This document shows, piece after piece, positions 12,570 to 24,503 of a stretch of 64,000 nucleotides of DNA. Within the stretch, counting starts at the first letter, position 1; every line of letters starts with the position of its first letter. The position numbers were made by a program, and so were the translations under genes. The notes under the pieces are model-generated. The model was not told the origin of the DNA, did no database searches, and worked only from the letters and a program-made list of their open reading frames with translations. The DNA is taken from positions 5,952,001-6,016,000 of the forward strand of contig JBHGNT010000007.1 in NCBI GenBank assembly GCA_043228905.1, in the 5' to 3' direction. The stretch comes from Azolla caroliniana. Its lineage: Eukaryota > Plantae > Polypodiophyta.

Positions 12570-15500
12570 ATATGCATGCGGGGGCGTTCGATTTATTCGA
12601 CAAAATAGTTTGTAATGTTGCTACTTATAAATTATTTAATCTCAACTTGCTATTGATGTTTTTTTTATGCCCCATACCTTTTGGTTTTACCAATTTTCTA
12701 TATTTTTTGCTCCACTCATCCTTGCCATCACCATTCCTATCCTCGCGTCTAGACTTTCCATGCAAAGCTTTTTAATTCCTTAATCAAATGGTCTTTTCCT
12801 TTTATATCCGTCAAGAGTCGACTAAGACCCACTACCTTAATGCTAGCCACTAGTTACCTCCCTTTAAGTCCCCTCATATTCAGATGTTACATTTGTCACC
12901 TAGCCACCCACCAAGACCCATTAATCCGATGACAACACCCGAAACATTGATGATAAAGCTGTTTTAACAAGGCTAACAATCAAATTCTGGCTATCCATGA
13001 TAATTAATAGACTTATTACTTTATGTTCTCGAGTGTAGCACTTCTCTCTATAAATATATGTAAAATGCTCAAAATCCTCTCTCTGTCTCCTATAGTTCGA
13101 AAGTAGTCTTTGATCTTAAAAATGTGTTGCTTTTTCTATAGATTTATATATGTATATGTATACATGAATAATTCCACATACATATATGGCTCCATTCAAT
13201 TATTGTACTCAAAAGCACAACATGTGCTAATTAAAGTATCAAATATTCAGAATGTGTTAGTTTTATACTTACATTTGGTTAATGTGGTCATGCATAGAGT
13301 TCACATGTCCATTTCAATATTCTTAAGTCCTTTACTCTAGAATATTATGATGCATGTACAATGGAACATCCAGGTTAAGGGAAGATGCTCTAAGACCTTT
13401 GACTATAAGTAAGCTCCATCGTCTTGATTCCCCACTTGGAGAACCATAGCTTACTACCACAATTAGATCTTGTAAACCTTATCCATACATACATTGATTT
13501 TGAACCCATGTTTAGTATAAGTGATATGACCTATTTAAGTAGAGCACATAGCAATAGGGTGCCTTCAAATAGCCTTATCATGATTTGGTCTCACGATCAA
13601 TGTCCAATCTTCTAACCCTTATCTATATATCTTATAACAAACATGGGTGCATGCACACATGATGATAATCAAGTAATTATTTCCATGTTCCCCACACACA
13701 TTGATATATACATGTATGTGCCATGAAATGTCGAGAATATAATTCAGAAATTGCACTCAAGTTCGATAGGAATGTATACAATGAGATGGCATTTTAAGGA
13801 TTTTTTATAGCTATGTGCACCACTTTCTCTTTCCCACAAGTTCTATGCTCTATATGGAGACTCTCATTCCAATGTTTTCCTTTCGGTATTTACATTGCGA
13901 GAGATAAATTTTATTATCATCCTCGTGGGTCATATATGACATGAATATGATCTATGGGGCCATATGTGTGGAGTTGATTTGTGGCTCTTGATGTTTAATA
14001 ATTTATCTTCTTAATGTTGTAATCGAGAATGCACATTGGATTTACGAGAGAAATGTATAAAGGTATAGTTTTGACTTGAAAATATGATCAAAGCAAAGTG
14101 AAAATTGTTGATAGAGCAATGCAAAGTGTGATGATACTTAGGATCACAAACTTGTTCAAGAAAAGTTATGCATATGTTATTAGTTCCTTTGCTAATGCCC
14201 TAATACAATTGTCTCACATGATTAAGTTGTAAGGAAGCTATAGTGTGGATGGCAAACACGAGGAATGGCTTTAGCATGTATCAACGAGTGCACTTTGCCC
14301 AAATGAACAAGAAGAAGACGATTTTGTAAATTGGTGCAACATGTGCAAATAACCTGAGAGTCATGAGCCTTAGCATTGCTCCCAAGCAATAACAAAGAAA
14401 CCTCAATGAGAGAGACACAGAGAGAGAGATTATATTATCGTCTTTGGGGGTCAAATATGACCTATAAGACCAAAAATATTACATTTCACGTGATACATGT
14501 GAACGTGAGTAACGACTCTTGATGTTCAAGAACTTTACCAATGAATGTTGCAATCGCGAGTGCACATTGTGGTTGTGATAGAAATCCTTGCAAGGATTGG
14601 GCTTGGTCGAAGAGATGTTGAAAGCATGGTCGAATATGATCAAAGGCAGAGCATTGTATCAAAGTGTGATACTTAGACTAACGAACTTGTTTAGGGTAAA
14701 GTGTGCATAGCCGACCACTCTCATCACTTGCGCCCCCACACCCTGTCTCACATCGCAATGCATGTGACCTAAGTCGTATGGAAGCAATGGTTCGAACGGT
14801 AGATAACAGGTATTGATGTGTATGGTTTCCCCATTTCGCGAAGAATATGGTTTTGTAGTTAGATGCAACATGTGTAGTATAATGTGTGAAACATGAGCCT
14901 CCACATTTGTCCCATGTCAAATACATGGGCGTTGTAAAAAGGCCTCATTTACTGAGGAATCTAGTGACACATCATGAAGCAAGTGTCTTGCACCCCATCT
15001 ACCAAACCATTTTTCTATATCTTGCATCCAAACCAGAACACAAAATGCTTTTATGCGTCTTTTGGATCTTTTTGCTTGCTTCCAATACAATTCTAGGAAG
15101 TCGATGCGAGGGACATTTTTGAACCTTAAGCATGTATTCAACAACCCTTTCCATGGACATGATCTTAATGGGAAGCGATCCCATCTCAAGGAGGAGGCGG
15201 GTGTAGGGCATTTGTTTCTTAACTTGTAGAAACTTTGTAAGAAAATGTTTTTGGACATTTTCAAACTCTTTCCACATAGATTTAGGGATGCTACCGCCCC
15301 ATACTTCCACCCCATAGAGAATAATCGATGTCACCAAAGTGTTGAAAAGATATTTCTTGAGAACCCAACACTTAATATCTCCAAGATTGCATGTGTTCTC
15401 AAATGCATAGTATGCTTGCTTACCCGCCTCCAAGAGAGAGAGAGAGAGAATGCGTGTGTGCATGCTCATGTGGGTTCCAAGTTCCAATATTGGTCTTTGA

Positions 15501-15752
15501 AACCTAGGTTTGATTCAACCATATTAACCCAAAAGGATATAAACGTTTGCTAGTCACATATTTGAGCAATGACAATCACATTCGTTTAGTATGAAATATA
15601 AATCTCTCCATTTTTCTAAAACAATACATTAAGAAAATTCTTTCAACTTAGAAATAATACTTTTTGTTGTGATGTGATGTTTGTATAGAGAGAGCGACGT
15701 GTGTAAAAAGGCAAGGACATACAAGCGTACAACATTTCCTAGTTATGTGTGT

Positions 15753-15783
<31 letters not shown>

Positions 15784-16460
15784 TAAAAGTGAAAAAACTA
15801 CTTTCTGCTCGTGCTTTGTTAAAAAGGGTTTGTTGTTTGACAAATTTTGTGTGAAAGCAACCTTATTATATATTTGATTACCATAGACATTAATCAACAC
15901 TAGCACTCTTGGGAGTTAGCAAAATGTTGTCTATAAGTGATAATACTAGATTATATTCTATAAATATGGTGTAGATCAAATGTGAGGGAACGTTGATGTA
16001 TCAACTTGCATGTAATTTATCCGAACAATTACTAGTCAAGCAATGTGTTTGATTAAGTAGTCTTTGTTCCTTCATATCTACGCGAGGATCTCTTTGTATT
16101 ATATGCATATATGTATTTATAGTCTAGCATACAATAGAAATCTATGTGTAGGTTGATTCATGAGTGTTACATTAAATGCCATCAATGTTAGTTTTGATTA
16201 TTTACAATGATATTTCAACATTGTTAACTCTCAATGCTTCTACAAATTTTCTTTACAATCTCCATGTTTATGTGCACTTCCATGCCACAAATGAATTACT
16301 TATTTTAAGATGTATAACAAAAGGTACACATACATTGGGAAGTAGTCAAAGGTTATCTCATTCTGTCCTTTTAAATCAAAACACATCCCAACAAAAACTC
16401 TTAAACTTTTAACAAATGCAAAAACGTGGACAACATGGTAGTTCCTCCATGGTACATGCT
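12570..16460 (-). repeat. Inverted homologue of 3160-4700, split by ~2.1 kb of inserted sequence (~13440-15570)
   Basis: Block pairs: 3180-3490/16115-16460, 3490-3950/15580-16115, 3975-4200/13195-13430, 4310-4660/12590-12920. Confidence 0.7.
14640..15430 (-). mobile_element. Degenerate non-LTR retrotransposon fragment (region C-terminal to RT)
   Basis: Translations LFNTLVTSIILYGVEVWG..EFENVQKHFL and IASIRLRSHALRCETG..RLCTLYP, typical of LINE post-RT and zinc-finger regions; frameshifted. Confidence 0.75.
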
Positions 16461-17187
16461 TTTCTAAATAAACTTCTTACCAAACTTACAATCACGAGGA
16501 AATAAAAGCAAATGGTAGCTTGAGCATCCTCGAGTTCATTAAGGCTTATCCGATATCTTAATGTGTACATGTGTCAAATTTAGAATGTGCATATAGATGT
16601 GGTACATCACTGTGTAAATATGTTGCACATTGTTGTCAAGTAAGTCTGATCCAAGAAATAATGTTGCCAAAAGGTTCAAGTTTGTTTGCAATTAGCCAAG
16701 AATGGTTTACTATCAAGATTCAAAAGGTTGTCTGCGGTTGTCTACTAGCTCTACAATGTCCAACATGTCATTGTGTGTGTGTGTGTGTGTTTGTATCCAT
16801 ATGCTTATCTATTTACATTTAGTTTGTGAGTAAAGGATAAGAATTAACTTTGCTTAAATAAATGTGCCTTCAATTACATAGATGTCAATATGGGAATAAT
16901 AAATTAATATTGTAGAATTTGGGGTTCGTCATATTGCACATGATCAGGAATGCTATTTCATTGATGATATAATCTTTTTATTTCATTGCAATACAAATGG
17001 ACAAGGATATGAATTACTAGGATGAAAGTGAAAATATTAGATATATGGATACACATGCATATTGGAAGGTGTACTGACATAAGTGTCCTCTTAGCACCAA
17101 TTGAATGCAATATTAGTAATGCTAGAGAAGTTGAGTCATATTTGAAAGAAAGCGTTGTTTCTTTGATTATCATTTAGCAAAGGAGTC

Positions 17188-17601
17188 GTGCACTATTTTT
17201 TCCTCGTTGTGCACAATTTGTATTGTTTGATAGAAATATCTCCTTATTGGTGGTTTCCACACAAAATTGACATATATCAAGAACTTACCATGAGAACAAA
17301 TTTCAGCCTTTTATCATATAATCTTGGATTATGTGTAGTCCTCGAGGTGATGTTACCTCGAGTGCACTTCTTTGGCAAAGTTCTCTTAGGCTAAGTGCAC
17401 TATTTTTTCCCTGTTGTCCACAATTTGTATTGTTTGATAGAAATATCTCCTTATTGGTGGTTTCCACACATAATTGACATATATCAAGAACTTACCATGG
17501 GAACAAATTTCAGCCTTTTATCATATAATCTTGGGTTATGTGTAGTCCTCGAGGTGATGTTACCTCGAGTGCACTTCTGTGGCAAAGTTCTCTTAGGCTA
17601 A
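17188..17601. repeat. Tandem duplication, 207 bp x2
   Basis: 17188-17394 and 17395-17601 are nearly identical; each contains the palindrome ctcgaggt..acctcgag. Confidence 0.95.
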
Positions 17602-17996
17602 GTGTTATGGTTATGGACAACGAAGTCTTTGGGATGGGTCTCTACTTTGACCAATTATTGAGCTTATTGTAGTGATAGTAAGGACCAACTTTATTTGGTT
17701 ATGGGCAAGCTAGCTAGCTCAACTCGAGCTATAAATGCCCATCATGGGGAATGGTTTATCTTGTCTTCAAAGGCTTTAAAAATCTTGTAAGGCAACCAAA
17801 TGCATAATAAGACATCATGATTGCCAATAGACAATCATCTAGAATCTAGATGTATTCTTACCAAATGCACTAAGGGTTGCCATTAGACAACTTCGAATCT
17901 CAGCTCACCAACTTGAGATTGAGTTGAGATTGAGAATGGTTGTATTAATGGAGTCCCTATGGAGGAAAGGATATGTAGACTATGTCACATAGAGAG

Positions 17997-18436
17997 TGTC
18001 ATGATATGGCAAGACTCGAACCCATGACCTTAGGTTATATGGGTCGAGCTCTTGACCATTAGATCATCTATTGTAATACGTAGGATATTATTTTCATTTA
18101 CATTTTATTATAGGAAATTAGTGTATATTCCAGATTTCTCTGGAACATTCTAGAAGCTTTAGGATTACTCCTGAAAACACTATAAAAGAGGGCACTAGGC
18201 ATTATATTGAACCAAATTGGTTCAACGCCAGTCGTAAGCCTTTTAGCCACCATTGTATATTTTCTTCATATAATACATATCTTTCTTATCGTCACACACA
18301 CACACACACTCTCTCTCTCTCTCTTTCTCTCTGTCTCACTCACTTCTTCCTTCTCTCGAAGAAGTTCCACACCTCTCATAGTACTAATCCTTCGTTTAGT
18401 ACTAATTCCTTCTCTGTCTCAGTACTGTTCCTGATA
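17997..18436 (+). repeat. Gypsy 5' LTR
   Basis: Matches 30101-30541 apart from a 7-bp indel, scattered substitutions and (CA)/(CT) microsatellite length; TATA-like tataaaa at 18181. Confidence 0.95.
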
Positions 18437-18723
18437 GTTTGAACCAATTTTCCCTACCTTCTGTCTCTCTCATTTCCTACTAATCTTTTATTCCTCTTTT
18501 CTTTCATCCCATGGCCACTGTTAGCGCTGAAGAATATCAATATGTTTTCTTGGAATTTCAATGCTTGAAGGAGAAGTTCCATGCTTTGGAACAAGAAAAC
18601 CAACGATTGCTGGGGGATCTTCAGCAAATCTCCTTAGAAAAGTAGCAAACGCAACAACAGCATGGGGACCTTGCGTTACGCGTGCAACAACTCGAAGCAA
18701 CCATCGTAGCGATGCAACAACAA

Positions 18724-21700
18724 TGTTGAGAGACAAGCTCAACATCGGCCGGATCGGCTGAAGAAGCCGAGGACTGGATCGGTTAGGCCGAATGCGTAAA
18801 CCGGTATGCAAACCGGTGCGTAGGTAGGGCCGGATCGGTGCGTAAACCGGGAGGCCGTTAGGAAAGATATTCCGTGAGGAATATATTTGGGAGTTAGTGT
18901 AGGAGCTCTTAGTGAGCATTGAAGTACTGTCAGTACTTCGGTCAGTCCTTCTAGGACTTGTATAAAAGTGTTCATTGAACACACATATGTATAGAGAATG
19001 GTGAATAGAGTTTTTTGAATATAGTTCTTGTGTTTTCTCTCTATCACTCTCTCTGTCTCTCTCGCGTATATTGCGTAAGCTCAAGCTCTCCATTAAACCT
19101 GAGTTTTCTTCCTTCTGTTCGGTTTTCATACTTGCTTCCGCACGTTACTCTTTACATGGTATCAGAGCGCGAGGGTTGAGAACCTCTCTGCAGCCGACAC
19201 AGCTTGACGAAGAAGAACAAGAAGAACGATGGATAGAAGCATGGCGAGCTCGCTTCCAACAGAGAAGCTCGACAGAACCAACTACGCGTCTTGGTCCTAC
19301 AAGATGCACCAGTACCTGCTCGGGCACGGCTATTGGAGTTATGTCGAAGGAGCTAATGATGCGGCACCCGAATCGATACACAGAGACTTCCCGTCGTGGG
19401 AGCAATCGGCGAGCAGGGTATTATATTGCTTCGCGTTGTGTGTGGGCGAACAACTATTGAGCTATGTTCGGGATGCAAAGACGCCGAAGGGTGCGTGGGA
19501 AAATCTGAAGAAGATTTTTGCCGTGAGCACCACAGCCAGGAAGCTTCAGCTCCGACAGGAGTTGAAGAACAACCTACGAAAACGCGACTTGTCGGTGGTG
19601 GACTATACCTCGAAGATCAAGGATATCTGCGACTCCCTCGCCTCCATAGAGGTGAACATCGAGGAGAGCGAGATGGTCCAGATCTGTCTCGGAGGTTTGG
19701 CGTCGAAGTTCGGAGCGTTCCGAACGGCTGTGTGTACCCGGGAGAATACGCCGTCCTTTTTCGACTTACAGTCAATGCTCCTGGTAGAGGAGAACCACGC
19801 GGGTGCGTCTACAAGCACGCACACCGAGAACAAAATGTTGTACACGAAGGGAGATAGGCCCCGTGGACGTGGAGGACGAGGCGAGTCGGCGCGCAATGGA
19901 GGCGGCCGACGAGATCAAGGAAGAAGGCACCGAAGTGATGCCGACAGCAACTCCGGACCCTCCGAAAACAGGGGGAGTCGAAGCGATGAGAACTGGCAAG
20001 GGAAGGCCATCGCGGAGTGCTGGTACTGTGGCAAGAAAGGCCACAGGGAAAGTGAGTGCTGGAAGAAGCGCGCTGATTCGGAGAGAACCGGTTCCGGAAA
20101 CGGCTCCGGACATACCGACAAGGGAAATCGGCAGCGATCGCACTATGCCGAAGACTCCGGGAGAGCCGGTGAAGGGTTTGTCTTCGTGACGAGACACGAA
20201 GCAAACTCAATGAAACGGACCACCCCGAGATCAGACGAGGTGTGGTACGTAGAGTCCGGCGCGTCAAACCACATGACGAGTCATAAGGAATGGTTCTTGT
20301 ACCTTGAAAAACCGATACAACCTGGAGTAGTCGCAATTGGAGACGACACTCCGCATCCGATCGCGAATGTCGGAGAAGTTCCCCTTAGCCATGTTGGGCA
20401 GAAAGGGAAACTCATGAACGTGCTGCACGTTCTGACAATCACGAAGAACTTGGTCTCGGTCGGACAGATCGTCGACCAAGGGATGGAGGTTTGGTTTACA
20501 CACCTCGGGTGCTTCATTGAGGAAGAAGGCCGTGTGATTGCGCAAGGGCGTAGAGACGGGGGGATGTTCATCCTCGATTCCACTGACGGCGGCACCGCAA
20601 TGTTCGCAAAGGGACAAAAATCCGAGTCGGACATCGACTTGTGGCACAAGCGGATAGGCCACGTCAACTACCAGCGGCTTCAAGATCTGCAATCGAAACA
20701 GGTAGTGTTAGGATTGCCCAAATTTAGTGGCCGAAAGGCACAAATTTGTGAAGCCTGCCAGCTCAGGAAGCAACACCGACTTCCTTTCCCCAACGAGCGA
20801 AACCGGAGCCGGAACAAGCTTGAACTTATACACTCCGATGTATGGGGGCCGGCACAAAACGTTAGTCTTGGCGGGAGCCGATATTTCATCTCCTTCATCG
20901 ACGACCACACGCGGCACACGTGGATCTACCTCATTGAGAGGAAGAGCGAAGTCTTCGACTGTTTCCAGGACCTCAAAGGGTTCGTGGAAACGGAAACGGG
21001 ACGGAAGATCAAGTGCCTGTGGTCGGATGGTAGGAAAGAGTACTTTTCTGGTCAATTCAACGATTATCTACAACAAATGGGAATTCGGCGCGAATTCAGT
21101 TGTAGATACACGCCAGAGCAGAACGGCGTGGCTGAGAGGAAGAATCGGTCGATTGTGGAAGCCCCACGGGCAATGCTGGAGGAGAAGAGCTTGCCCAAGT
21201 TCTACTGGGCCGAGGCGGTAAGGACTGCGGTATACATCCAGAACCGGATCGGAGACAAAGTGTCGGCGCACGAGCTATATTTCGGAACGAAGCCGAACTT
21301 GCGACCCTTGAGGGTGTTTGGTAGCATTGCGTATGTGCATGTACCGAAGGAGAAAAGGAGGAAGCTGGACGCAAAGGCCGAGAAATGCATCTTGGTCGGT
21401 TACTCGGACGAGCAGAAGGGTTATAAGTGCTATAACCCTCGCACCAAACAAGCGCGTGTCAGCCGCAATGTTGTGTTTGACGAGTCCGCGTCCTGGTACG
21501 AGCCCCCGACTCCGAACCCCGACTCCAATCCGAGCTCAGACGATGAGGTCAGAGAGGCCGAGATGCCTCCGGATGAGCCCGAAATCGAGACCCGCGAAGA
21601 GAGTCTGATTTCACTCCGTTTAAGTGGACCGAGTGGACTGATTGGACGACTGAGTCGGTACGACCAATCCGATGAAGAGCCGGCGAGTAGTGGAGACTCG

Positions 21701-24498
21701 GCCGTGCATTCCCCACGCAGGAAGCCGAGGAGACGGCTTACGCGCAAAGAGAAAGGGAAGAAGAAGGTGTCGGATTCCGGCACAGATAGGAATGAGTCAG
21801 ACCGACGCGAGTCCGACTCTGAGGGAACCGGTGACGGGTCTTTAAAGGTGATGTCCGCGTCGACCGATAAGGCCTCGACATCGGCTAATGCTAGATTACG
21901 CCGATCTACCCGCTAGAAGAACCCTGTTTTGCGGTTCGGATACAACGAGTACATGGCGCATCATTATGCGTACATGATCCGTGTAACGGAAGTGCGTGAG
22001 CCGGAGAGCTACGCAGAAGCGGCTAAAGACGCAAATTGGTGTGCCGCGATGGAGGAAGAGATGCACGCATTGGCGGAGAACGAGACCTGGGACCTGGTTG
22101 GCGCACCAACAGGGGTAAAACCGATCGGGTGTAGGTGGGTGTACAAGGTCAAGTACAACACCGATGGCTTGGTCAACCGATACAAGGCTCGGCTAGTGGC
22201 AAAGGGCTACGAGCAGAAACACGACATCGACTACGATGAGACATTTGCACCGGTTGCGAAAATGACGACCGTCCGTGTTTTGCTCGTAGTAGCTGCGGCG
22301 AAGGGGTGGCACTTACATCAGATGGATCTAAAGAATGCGTTCCTGCAAGGTGACCTTGAGGAACAGGTGTGCATGGTACAACCCCCCGGATTTCACTCTG
22401 GAACGAACTCCTTGGCAGTATGCCGACTGAAGAAGTCCCTTTACGGACTGAAGCAAGCCCCGCGTGCCTGGAACGCGAAGATCACGCAACAACTGCGTCG
22501 GATGGGCTTTGTCACATCAAAATCGGACTCTTCCCTGTTCATTCGGAAAGGTCGACTCGGACCGGTTAGTATTTTACTATATGTTGATGACTTGGTCATC
22601 ACCGGCGCCGACCTCGGTGAAATCGACCGCGTGAAGCTCCAGCTTGCGGCATCGTTCGACATGAAGGATCTGGGGGACCTTCATTACTTCCTCGGGATCG
22701 AAGTGATCCGTACCCCCGAAGGCATATTGATCAGCCAATGTCATTACGTGTTGAGTATGCTCTTCAAATTCGGGATGGCCGACTGTAAGTCCGTCTCGAC
22801 TCCTCTGGACAAGACTGTCAAGCTTCGTCTCGATATGGGAAAGGTATGCGACCCGACGAGGTTTCGACAAATTGTCGGAAGCCTCATATACTTGACCATC
22901 ACCCGACCCGACCTCAGTTATCCGGTCGGAGTGATCAGTCAGTTCATGGCGCGACCTACCAAGGAGCACCTTCAGTGTGCGCAACGCATACTTCGGTATG
23001 TCAACGACACTAAGGACCGGGGACTGCTATATCGGACCGGTGCAGCCGTGCAGTTAGTCGGCTACACCGATGCTGATTGGGCTGGCAACGCCGCCGATCG
23101 CCGATCCACGTCTGGATACGCGTTCTCCCTCGGGAGTGCCGCGATCGTGTGGAGCAGTAAGAAGCAGCCGACAGTTGCACTGTCGAGCACCGAAGCTGAG
23201 TACTGAGGAGCGGCTGTCGCGACATGTGAAGCCATATGGTTGAAGCGGCTACTTAAGGACCTGCAAGAGGAGGTGTCCGATCCAACGACGATCTACTGCG
23301 ATAACCTCAGCAGCATCCAACTCGCGAAGAACCCCGTCTTCCACGCACAGACCAAGCACATTGAGGTGCACTACCATTTCGTCCGTGAGCGTGTCCTTTC
23401 CGGTGAAGTCGAACTTCAGTACGTTCTGACGAATCGGCAGACTGTCGACATCTTTACCAAGCCTCTTGGTATGGACAAGTTGCGGCAATTCTCAGGTGCG
23501 CTCGGATTGCGTCACCTCGACGTGCCAAACTTGAGGGGGAGAACAGTCCCGAACGATCAAGCAAGGCAGCAGTAAAGGAGCGGAGACCGCAACACCACCG
23601 AGTCGGTTGACTCGGTTGTCGAGTTCGACTTCGGATCGGCTGAAGAAGCCGAGGGCGGACCCGCGGAAAAGTTCGGAAGAGGACAGAAGGGGAGCAACCG
23701 AAGGAGAGAGACGAAGCCAACCACGCATGGGGAAGATGACGCCACCGAGGGCGAGAAGACCGAAGACGAGTTGGAGACAGCCAACTCGGACGAGAGAGAA
23801 AACCGATCGGAGGTAGCCGAGTTGGTTCGGATGTTTGATTCAGACATGTTGAATCAATCGAGGCCCAAGCGGAAGAAAAGGCAGCAGAAGAAGCGTCAAC
23901 ACCGCAACAACAGAAGAGCTGATGAGGGCCACATGAGCAGACAAGCCGACCGGAAGGGTCGAAGCGCGCGGAGTCGAACAGGTCGTGGAGCGCGAGCGAG
24001 GCGTGAAGCCAGGAGGAACCGGAGCTGTGAGCCCGAAGATCCCAAAGAGCCTCAAGTTGAGCTTGAGGGGGAGTGTTGAGAGACAAGCTCAACATCGGCC
24101 AAATCGGCTGAAGAAGCCGAGGACCGGATCGGTTGGGACCAATCGGTTAGGCCGAATGCGTAAACCGGTACGCAGACCGGTGCGTAAACCGGGAGGCCGT
24201 TAGGAAAGATATTCCGTGAGGAATATATTTGGGAGTTAGTGTAGGAGCTCTTAGTGAGCATTGAAGTACTGTCAGTACTTCGGTCAGTCCTTCTAGGACT
24301 TGTATAAAAGTGTTCATTGAACACACATATGTATAGAGAATGGTGAATAGAGTTTTTTGAATATAGTTCTTGTGTTTTCTCTCTATCACTCTCTCTGTCT
24401 CTCTCGCGTATATTGCATAAGCTCAAGCTCTCCATTAAACCTGAGTTTTCTTCCTTCTGTTCGGTCTTCATACTTGATTCCGCACGTTACTCTTTACA
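18724..24498 (+). mobile_element. Ty1/Copia LTR retrotransposon nested in the Gypsy gag
   Basis: LTRs 18724-19156 and 24074-24498 (TGTTG..TTACA); perfect TSD AACAA; tRNA-iMet PBS tggtatcagagc at 19157-19168; PPT gagggggag at 24065-24073. Confidence 0.97.
19229..23575 (+). pseudogene. Copia gag-pol polyprotein (gag, Zn knuckle, PR, INT, RT, RNase H) with in-frame nonsense codons
   Basis: Single reading frame with CWYCGKKGHRESEC, ESGASNHM, HSDVWGP, YVDDL, YTDADWA, KHIEVHYHFVRE. TAG 21914-21916 and TGA 23204-23206 are in frame (likely C>T changes). Confidence 0.92.
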
Positions 24499-24503
24499 AA
24501 CAA

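Noticed and set aside
17188-17601. Duplicated 68-aa ORFs or CRISPR-like array
   Set aside because: Simple tandem duplication with GTG-started ORFs, no spacers, eukaryotic context.
18007-18069. Functional tRNA gene
   Set aside because: No acceptor stem or clean anticodon arm; kept only as a tRNA-derived module.
19396-23225. Many overlapping and antisense ORFs in the Copia element
   Set aside because: Expected shadow ORFs in GC-rich coding DNA; no domains recognised.
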